DNA of 32,393 nucleotides from Blastocatellia bacterium (GTDB lineage Bacteria; Acidobacteriota; Blastocatellia; Chloracidobacteriales; JADJPF01): NCBI GenBank assembly GCA_023265235.1, contig JAHFUF010000002.1, positions 1 to 32,393 of the forward strand, read 5' to 3'. Shown piece by piece: positions 27,301 to 32,393 of this stretch (position 1 is its first letter; each line of letters starts with the position of its first letter). The notes under the pieces were generated by a model. It saw only the letters and a program-made list of their open reading frames with translations, ran no database searches and was not told where the DNA came from. The position numbers and the translations under genes were made by a program.

Positions 27301-28987
27301 TCCGTTATCACCCCAACAGGAAGGAATGCTTCTAGTAACATTGTCTAATCCTTCTGGAGAGGTGTTTATAGAACAGTCTGTCAGTAAAATAAATAGCCTC
27401 TTAGAAATAGATATTTTTCTTAGTGCTTGGCAACAGCTTTTTAACAAATATGAAATGCTAAGAACAGCTTTTATTTGGGAAAACCTAACTCAACCACTTC
27501 AAGTAGTAAATCCTAGTGTAAAGCTATCAATAAAACAAGAAGATTGGCAACAGTTTAATGAGCAAGAACAGCTAGAAAAATTAACTGATATTCTAAAAAC
27601 AAGTCATCAAAACTTTGACCTGTCTAATCCTCCATTAATGAGGATAATATTAATAAAAATCTCTGAAAATTCTTATTATTTAATATGGGTTTACCATCAT
27701 ATTTTGGTTGATGGATGGTCTATAGAAATACTCTTAAAAGACTTATTTAACACCTATGAGTCTTTATTAAAAGGAAAAGAATTATTTATAAATAATATTA
27801 CATCTTATAAAAATTATATTTATTGGCTCCAAAAACAAGGAATAGAAAAATCCATTACCTTTTGGAGCAATAAATTACAGGGCTTTACTGCTCCAACTCC
27901 TTTAGGTATACCTGTAGAAACCCATCTTGTTTCAGAAATATCTTATGCTACAGAAACACAAGCGTTATCAGAACCAGAAACCAATAAATTAAAAGCTCTA
28001 TTAAAACAACAACGCTTGACTTTTAACACATTATTACAAGGAGTATGGACTTTATTACTTAGTCAATATAGTAATCAAAAAGATATAGTTTTTGGTATTA
28101 CTACATCTGGTAGACCTAGTGAGTTGGTTGGCGTAGAAGAAATAGTAGGTTTATTTATCAACACTTTGCCATTAAGAATAAAAGTAGAATCAGAAATGGA
28201 TTTAGTTTTTTGGTTAAAACAACTACAAATAGATAATTTAGAACTACTTAGCCACCAGCATAATTCTATTGGGCAAATATATCAATGGGCAGAATTTCCA
28301 TCTTCCTTACCGCTTTACGAAAGTATTTTAGTATTTGAGAACCACCCAGATAGTAGTGAGCGGTTTGAGTTAGAACCTATTGCATTTCAAGGAGCTTATA
28401 CAAAATACCCTTTATGTATTATGGTGTTTCCTCGTAAAACCCTTATGCTTAAAATCGTTTATGATTGCCAATATTTTGATCAAGATAGCATCAAGCTTAT
28501 TTTAGGTCATTTCCTTACCCTGCTAAGAACTATTAGTGACAATTGGCAACAGTCTTTGACTAGCTTATTAAACACTCTTCCTAGATTAGAGATCCCTCAA
28601 GTTAAGATACCAGTAAAATCCACAAGCTCAACAAATTACATAGCACCTAAAACTGATATAGAAAAAAGCCTAGCCGCTTTGCTTACTCAGTTACTTAAAA
28701 AAGAAAAAATTGGAACCCAGGATAATTTCTTTGAACTAGGTGTACATTCTTTGGTTGCAACACAATTATTAACTCGAATTACCAAGCAATTTTCTGTAGA
28801 AATACCTTTACAAACCTTGTTTGCTAGCCCAACCATTGCACAATTAGCTTTAGAGATTGACAGACAAACTACTAAAAATGATGACGAGAACCTGGCCAAA
28901 TTACTAGCAGAAATCGAGCAGTTATCAGACGAACAAGTAGAGGAATTACTCAAGCAAGAAAGTAGTATTAAAGAAGAAAAAACTTAA
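21293..28987 (+). CDS. Hybrid PKS-NRPS: KS-AT-KR-carrier-E-C-T
   Basis: ORF track frame. The start is moved to ATG 21293, which has AGGGGG 5-6 nt upstream and overlaps the upstream stop as ATGAATAA. The track start at 21212 is a TTG inside the previous gene. Domain order:
- KS: IAIIGMACRFP, TACSTS Cys 21836-21838, HGTGT, GHTDTAAG.
- AT: GQGSQ, GYSQGE Ser 23174-23176, HAYHS 23462-23476.
- KR: TGGLGGYG about 24740-24770, SDYCGAN.
- Carrier: DLGGDS Ser 25724-25726.
- E: all seven motifs present, namely PLTPIQKWF, HHLVIDIISW 26270-26299, DLLIAIL, EMHGRE, RTVGWFTSVFP, NGIGYG, FLYLGQ.
- C: YPLSPQQEGML, HHILVDGWS from 27695.
- T: ELGVHS Ser 28748-28750. Confidence 0.93.
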   Translation: MNNENDTLDTAIAIIGMACRFPEANNIAELWQNLKNGIESIKFFSKEELLAVGIEETLLDNPNYIRAKAFLSHIDKFDASFFGYSPKEAELIDPQQRIFLELAWQALEIAGYDSEQYPGQIGVYAGIGLNTYLLNNLINNTDIFTSSRRHQAVLGNDKDFLPTRVSYKLNLTGPSMTVQTACSTSLVATCLACQSLLDYHSDIALAGGVSVTIWQKKGYFHEEGGIYSRDGHCRVFDAQSTGTAAGEGAGIVVLKRLKEALADGDSIYAVIKGFALNNDGSEKIGYTAPSVDGQANVIAEAQAVANVTPKEITYVETHGTGTILGDPIEIAALTKAFRGSTDKTCAIGSIKSNFGHTDTAAGVAGLIKTALALQNKQIPPTLHFETPNPNIDFTNNPFYVNKTLIPWETSMLPRRAGVSSFGIGGTNAHLVLEEAPESINSPTKKPWQLLVLSAKTENALEMASKNLAEYLIANPESNLADIAYTLQIGRRAFSHRRIIASNSTSHAIETLKVNNPQQVFTSHNIDSKPPVVFMFSGQGSQYIGMAKELYQNEPIFQKYLDKCFAILKTNLDMDLHSIIYPNEQNKLASAIELDRILFTLPALFSIEYSLARFWIELGVKPWAMIGYSQGEYIAACLSGVFSLEDALALVLARGRLMETLPKGAMLSVAMSETELLNILPSELSLAIVSSDNLSIASGDIQAIEDFFNFLTNKEIECKKLNVHHAYHSHMAKPILEHFTQEVKKISLHPPQIPYLSNVTGTWITKEQATDPSYWSKHLRQTVRFSDGLIELFKQKELLLLEVGPGKRLTALTQLHINKKPQHTVVASLPPPSFTESEHAFFLNSLGKLWLSGVKISWLKYYGDEQRHRINLPTYPFERDSYWINAPNQTNNSKANSLVDDLAPKPNISDWFYFPSWKQMPYLLTNSEDVEFSPKNYLVFANETPLCERVLTELNFLGHQVTSVKLGEGFSKLLDNYYVNFSQNSYEQLFPSLASNNKSPDIIIHFWLSDSSDSKTIDVLSEINFDEIQQLGYVSLLNTVKALSREGFTHKIKLFFISNNIFSVTGQETLCPAKATTVGLCRVISQENPNIYASNIDISGDLPLETLAKEIIFSTTSPTKELTIAYRGRYRWLPDYQPFLLNTKMLPLKENGVYLITGGLGGYGLEIAEYLAHKVKAKLALVNRSSFPQKSEWQSYLNNLDSSNNPNNEVSQKIKRLQALESLGATILTFSADVTNFHEMQSVVEQVTNKLGNINGVLHLAGLVGGGLIEIKDWSDMANVINTKAKGTITLAKLFLAQKLDFFILFSSINAILSRYGQSDYCGANAFLDAFAYYFNQFTLTISINWETWQDTGMVAVKQPINERANLWKEEMETLTSTMSVKEGVKAFERALTVQVPQVIVSSRNFSLLWKYYQEKLAKIELQNTPTTITQTYSRPILATKYVEASNDTEQKLVEIWQEALGFTPIGIYDNFFDLGGDSVIAIQLAAKANKKGLKISSKQFFEHQTIADLANNITHSQTKIDQEVVTGFVPLTPIQKWFLNQNYHNLNHFNQAVRLKASQPIDSALLGKALQILVTHHDALRMRFFQENGEWQQFNAEVDNNVDFLTTIDLINLSDSEQSKAIESAANKAQKSLDIRQGKVFSALLFSLSKLDYQLLIIAHHLVIDIISWPILLEDLETAYQQLSQSSPVLLPNKTTSFKNYAEKLLVYLESITEEQNYWLTLAWERFSPLFVDYPDQDNNFSNLEQINLSFSVEETNSLIKEITKTYKIRVQDLLIAILAESFSRWADISTVAIDVEMHGREEIAPEIDLSRTVGWFTSVFPLVIDFSKANTLNERVSYVKWYINNIPANNGIGYGLLHLSSDKELLKKLLLLPTPEINFLYLGQTRNTNDQEKLFFTTSDSCGETIDRKQKRRYLFEIVGKVIENKLQINVFYNQRQYKKSTIDLLSQSLTNVVKELIFNAPKNILLENNNNEIEQNKIEFLDISQQKQIATQLGYQPTEVYPLSPQQEGMLLVTLSNPSGEVFIEQSVSKINSLLEIDIFLSAWQQLFNKYEMLRTAFIWENLTQPLQVVNPSVKLSIKQEDWQQFNEQEQLEKLTDILKTSHQNFDLSNPPLMRIILIKISENSYYLIWVYHHILVDGWSIEILLKDLFNTYESLLKGKELFINNITSYKNYIYWLQKQGIEKSITFWSNKLQGFTAPTPLGIPVETHLVSEISYATETQALSEPETNKLKALLKQQRLTFNTLLQGVWTLLLSQYSNQKDIVFGITTSGRPSELVGVEEIVGLFINTLPLRIKVESEMDLVFWLKQLQIDNLELLSHQHNSIGQIYQWAEFPSSLPLYESILVFENHPDSSERFELEPIAFQGAYTKYPLCIMVFPRKTLMLKIVYDCQYFDQDSIKLILGHFLTLLRTISDNWQQSLTSLLNTLPRLEIPQVKIPVKSTSSTNYIAPKTDIEKSLAALLTQLLKKEKIGTQDNFFELGVHSLVATQLLTRITKQFSVEIPLQTLFASPTIAQLALEIDRQTTKNDDENLAKLLAEIEQLSDEQVEELLKQESSIKEEKT

Positions 28988-29010
28988 AACTATAGTCCAA
29001 GGAGTATTAT

Positions 29011-29688
29011 ATGAAAAACAATCTAGAGTTAAAAATAGGTGACTCTGTAGTTATAAAAAAAGGTGTCTTAGACCCAGACTCAGGTCAGCTAATAGATGGG
29101 TGGCAAGGGAGAATCCAAGGGTTTGAAAAAACGGAGGAGGGTGAAACTCATATTCTTATTGCACTAGATAGCATAACGCTAAAAAATATTGCAATGTCCT
29201 ATTTTGAAGAATCTGAGGAAAAAGGGCTTGATTGGAGAACTTATTATCTTGAACCAGAGGATGTTGAATTAGTAAAAGCTAGAGACACACACAAAGATGT
29301 AGAAAAAACTGTTGATGAAATAGAAGAACAAGTAAGCTGGTGTTCTATGGGCGAAGAAGGAAAACGTATCAAAAAAATCCTTGCTGGTGTCGATGCAGAT
29401 GATGACGTAGAGGCTTTAGAAGTTTGGGAGGAAATTTTAGAGAAAACCCTAGTCTTTCCACTTGAAGCAGAGGTTAGCGAATATCAAGAGAGAGGGCCAT
29501 TAAAAGACTCTGACAAAGTTACTATACTAGATATATCTGGAACAGATGAAATGTATGGCGTTATTGTTACAATAAAGCACAAATCCAGGAAACACGAATT
29601 TCCTTTATGTGACCTAAAAGTTATTGGTAAAGACTCTACAATAAAAGAAATAGTTTCAGATTACGCGGTTTGGTTTGCAAATCGATAG
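29011..29688 (+). CDS. Acidic hypothetical protein, 225 aa, likely co-transcribed with the hybrid PKS-NRPS
   Basis: ORF track entry. A strong AAGGAG (28999-29004) lies 6 nt before the ATG, and only 23 nt separate it from the upstream stop. No catalytic motif recognised. The central part is Asp/Glu-rich, flanked by beta-rich ends (IGDSVVIKKG...WQGRIQG and YGVIVTIKHKSRKHEFPLCDLKV...DYAVWFANR). Confidence 0.8.
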   Translation: MKNNLELKIGDSVVIKKGVLDPDSGQLIDGWQGRIQGFEKTEEGETHILIALDSITLKNIAMSYFEESEEKGLDWRTYYLEPEDVELVKARDTHKDVEKTVDEIEEQVSWCSMGEEGKRIKKILAGVDADDDVEALEVWEEILEKTLVFPLEAEVSEYQERGPLKDSDKVTILDISGTDEMYGVIVTIKHKSRKHEFPLCDLKVIGKDSTIKEIVSDYAVWFANR

Positions 29689-29792
29689 TATTCTCAGGCT
29701 AAACCTTTTCCCTGCGAGCTTTTTAAAGTAGAGAGTTTTTTTTGTAGGAAGATAAAACAAAAATTCTCATTATTTTTACTATTGCTGAGATG

Positions 29793-29821
29793 TTCACTTT
29801 TACGTTAAAACCTATTATACT
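29793..29821 (+). promoter_or_regulatory. Candidate sigma70-type promoter for the beta-propeller/cytochrome gene
   Basis: TTCACT (29793-29798), a 17-nt spacer, then TATACT (29816-29821), about 40 nt upstream of ATG 29861. It lies within a 172-nt intergenic gap, with an AGGA ribosome-binding motif at 29849-29852. Confidence 0.4.
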
Positions 29822-29860
29822 TATCGAAATTTCAACAAAATAAACCTTAGGAAATAGTTT

Positions 29861-32377
29861 ATGGGTAATATAAAACACAATCGCCCCTTTGTTATTAAAA
29901 CCTTTATTTGTATCTTAATGATAGGATTATTTTTAACCACTCTTAACAGAAATATTACACCTGCTGTAAAAGCAGATAGGTCAACACAGTTTCACAATTT
30001 TGAAGCCCCTCAAGTACATCCTATAGCTCTTACTCCTAATGGATCAAATTTATTAGCAGTAAACACAGCAGATAATAGACTTTCTGTGTTTGATATAGTT
30101 GATGGTATCCCTAAACTAGTAGATGAAATCCCTGTAGGGTTACAACCTATTAGCATTGCTGCTAGAAACAACGAAGAAGTGTGGGTAGTCAATTGGCTTT
30201 CAGACTCTATTAGTATCGTTGACCTAAAGACTAAAAATGTAAAACAAACTATAAATGTTGGGGATGAGCCTACAGATATTGTCTTTTTAGGTCAAAAGGC
30301 TTTTGTTTGTGTTTCTGAGCCTCGTCTTATCAAAGTATTTGATCTTAATGATTTAAGCAGTAAGCCAAAAGAAATAGAGATTAATGGTAAAAAACCAAGG
30401 TCTTTATCAGTTGACTATGTAAATAATCGTGTTTTTGTTTCAATTTTTGACTCTGGTAATAAAACTACTGTTGTACCATTTAATTCAGTACGCGATGCTG
30501 GAGGGCCACCACCGCCAAAACCAGCAATGTCACCAAACTTGCCTGCGCCTCCAAGAACAGCCTTAATTGTTAAAGAAGTAAGTAAAGGTGTTTGGGCAGA
30601 TGAAACTGGCGATACTAAATGGACAAAATATATACCTTATTCATTAGAAGATGTAGATTTAGTGATTATCAATGCAAATGATAGCCAACTTAAAACAACA
30701 GAAATACGTGCTATTGGTACTCATATCTCTAATAGTGTAATAGATACGACTAATAATAAACTCTTTGTGGTTAATACAGAGTCTGACAATCTGGTTCGCT
30801 TTGAACCTAATATTAGAGGGCGTTTTATTAATACTAGAGTCTCTATTGTAGACCTCTCATCATCAAAAAATAAAATTACTGTTGCAGATCTTAACCCACA
30901 TATAAATTACGATAATCCAACCGGAAGCAGAGAAGAAAGACAAGAAAGCATAGGGCTACCACTAGATATTACTACCAATAACAAAGGAACTTTTTATGTC
31001 TCTTCCCTAAGCACAGCAAAAGTAGCTGTGCTAGATTCTAATGGTAAAATCACTGATAAAGTTTCTGTAGGATTTGGCCCAACAGGACTAGCTTTTGATG
31101 AAAATCGTCAACAACTTTATGTGTTAAACAGGTTTGAACATACTTTAAGCACCGTTGATACGACTATTAATAGAGAAGTAAGTAAAGTATCTATTGGCTA
31201 TAACCCTGAACCAAAAGACCTACAAGAAGGACGTAGGTTTATGTATGGAGGTGAGTTTTCAGCACATGGTGATGTTTCCTGTGCTAGTTGCCATAGAGAT
31301 AGCCATAAAGATAGCTTAGCTTGGGACTTAGGAAACCCACAAGGAAAACAAGATATAGTTGAACTACCAAATGTTACTTTGCCATTTTTTGAAGCAAGAC
31401 ATGTTTTTCACCCTATGAAAGGCCCAATGGTAACACAATCTTTTCGAGGGATTATTGGTACTGAGCCTCTACACTGGCGTGGTGATAGGATGAAATTTGA
31501 AGACTTTAACCCTGCTTTTGATTCATTATTGGGCAGTCCAAGAATTCTAACAGACATAGAAATGGCCAAATTTAAAGCATTTACTGCGTCTTTAACTTAT
31601 CCACCTAATCCAATTCAAAATTTAGATCGTACTTATCCAAACCCTACATCTAGTCCAAGTGCAGAAAGAGGACGTTTGTTGTTTACTATTCCTAAATTAG
31701 ATATAGGGTTACTACGCTGTGTAGATTGTCATGATACAGGTGCAAAAGGCACTGGCCCAGGCACTAATAGATTAATTGCCCCAAGTTTCTTATTAGTAGG
31801 AGCGTCTGAAGGTACTGATGTTAACCTTGACCAAAATATAAAAGTCCCACAACTGCGAGGGCTTTATGAGAAATACAGTACTTTGCCAAATGGGAAAGTA
31901 GTAGCCGGATTTGCTTATATTAATGATGGTTATCGTAGGGCTGTAACTGAGCATATTGGTAATCCTCGGAATTTTACTTTTGAAAAAGATTCCGATATGA
32001 AAGACGTTGAAGCTTATGTTTTAGCTTTTGATACAGGTACAGCACCTACAGTTGGATTACAAGTCACCCTTAATGATACTAATAAAACTAATAAAGCACT
32101 TCTAAACCAAATAAAACTCCTAATGAGCGAAGCAGAAAAAGAAAATTGTGAATTAATTGTAAAAACTGTTTTAGATGGTAAACCCAAAGGGCTGCTTTAT
32201 ATAGGAAAACGTAAATTCCGTACAGACAAAGCAAGTGAATCAAATATATCATTTAAGGTCTTAATAGCTTCTATTACTCAAGGAAAAGAACTTACTTTTA
32301 CTGGAGTGCCTGTAACTGAAGGCTATCGTATGGGTATAGACCGTAATAACAACCAAAAACTAGATGGCGATGAATAG
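29861..32377 (+). CDS. Secreted beta-propeller protein fused to a di-haem cytochrome c peroxidase/MauG-family domain, 838 aa
   Basis: ORF track entry.
- N-terminal signal-like segment FVIKTFICILMIGLFLTTL...AVKA.
- Seven or so blade-like repeats, for example NLLAVNTADNRLSVFDI, EVWVVNWLSDSISIVDL, KLFVVNTESDNLVRFE, QLYVLNRFEHTLSTVD.
- Two CxxCH haem c sites: CASCH 31280-31294 and CVDCH 31718-31732.
- The context FMYGGEFSAHGDVSCASCH and VPQLRGLYEKYS resembles bacterial CCP motifs (LFxDxRLS...SCxxCH and PSLRN). Confidence 0.85.
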   Translation: MGNIKHNRPFVIKTFICILMIGLFLTTLNRNITPAVKADRSTQFHNFEAPQVHPIALTPNGSNLLAVNTADNRLSVFDIVDGIPKLVDEIPVGLQPISIAARNNEEVWVVNWLSDSISIVDLKTKNVKQTINVGDEPTDIVFLGQKAFVCVSEPRLIKVFDLNDLSSKPKEIEINGKKPRSLSVDYVNNRVFVSIFDSGNKTTVVPFNSVRDAGGPPPPKPAMSPNLPAPPRTALIVKEVSKGVWADETGDTKWTKYIPYSLEDVDLVIINANDSQLKTTEIRAIGTHISNSVIDTTNNKLFVVNTESDNLVRFEPNIRGRFINTRVSIVDLSSSKNKITVADLNPHINYDNPTGSREERQESIGLPLDITTNNKGTFYVSSLSTAKVAVLDSNGKITDKVSVGFGPTGLAFDENRQQLYVLNRFEHTLSTVDTTINREVSKVSIGYNPEPKDLQEGRRFMYGGEFSAHGDVSCASCHRDSHKDSLAWDLGNPQGKQDIVELPNVTLPFFEARHVFHPMKGPMVTQSFRGIIGTEPLHWRGDRMKFEDFNPAFDSLLGSPRILTDIEMAKFKAFTASLTYPPNPIQNLDRTYPNPTSSPSAERGRLLFTIPKLDIGLLRCVDCHDTGAKGTGPGTNRLIAPSFLLVGASEGTDVNLDQNIKVPQLRGLYEKYSTLPNGKVVAGFAYINDGYRRAVTEHIGNPRNFTFEKDSDMKDVEAYVLAFDTGTAPTVGLQVTLNDTNKTNKALLNQIKLLMSEAEKENCELIVKTVLDGKPKGLLYIGKRKFRTDKASESNISFKVLIASITQGKELTFTGVPVTEGYRMGIDRNNNQKLDGDE

Positions 32378-32393
32378 ACTGACCCAGCCCTAG

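Noticed and set aside
22486-28953. Minus-strand ORFs from the track (22486..22725, 23170..23376, 25000..25215, 28687..28953) inside the hybrid PKS-NRPS gene
   Set aside because: Shadow ORFs antisense to well-supported KS, AT, KR and T coding sequence, with no motifs of their own.
29689-29740. Possible terminator after the 225-aa gene (CTCAGG...CCTGCGAG followed by CTTTTT)
   Set aside because: The stem is only 3+3 bp, interrupted by a 2-nt bulge, with a 12-nt loop. This is too weak to call.
30010-30192. 60-aa minus-strand ORF inside the beta-propeller/cytochrome gene
   Set aside because: Antisense shadow ORF at the minimum length, with no supporting signal.
1-32393. Scan for tRNA or rRNA genes, CRISPR arrays, transposase or IS ends, integrase genes, TE, R, MbtH, PPTase or transporter genes
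   Set aside because: None recognised. The only non-coding gaps are 7757-7876, 16325-16611, 28988-29010 and 29689-29860, and none contains spaced direct repeats or RNA-gene-like structure. The repeats that are present are intragenic NRPS duplications, not mobile elements.

Overview
AT-rich bacterial window occupied almost entirely by a hybrid NRPS/PKS biosynthetic locus. All domain calls come from motif recognition by eye. No database search or alignment program was run.

Genes:
- Minus strand, gene 1 (1..~7594/7756): an NRPS that the ORF track omits because it has no stop inside the window. Hand translation gives A-T-C-A-T-C-A(partial), and its 5' end is frame-broken.
- Minus strand, gene 2 (7877..16324): a 2815-aa NRPS with order A-A-T-C-A-T-C-[A10 remnant]-T.
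- Divergent 287-bp control region (16325..16611): contains a perfect 28-bp palindrome and tandem TTGACA boxes.
- Plus strand (16612..21300): NRPS with order C-C-A-T.
- Plus strand (21293..28987): overlaps the previous gene by 8 nt. Hybrid with order KS-AT-KR-CP-E-C-T.
- Plus strand (29011..29688): a tightly linked 225-aa acidic protein of unknown function.
- Plus strand (29861..32377): a separately promoted, signal-peptide-bearing beta-propeller fused to a di-haem cytochrome c peroxidase/MauG-like domain.

Main points of interest:
- The assembly line is strongly non-canonical. It has one adenylation domain with no carrier, two C-T modules with no adenylation domain (one keeps a deletion scar), and a tandem C-C didomain.
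- A complete epimerisation domain sits directly behind a PKS module.
- There are clear recombination footprints: a roughly 1.55-kb starter-A cassette shared by the two minus-strand genes with mosaic identity, and a tandem module duplication of period 3162 nt.
- No thioesterase, reductase or other release domain is present. No tRNA, rRNA, CRISPR array or transposase was recognised. The cluster continues past the left edge.
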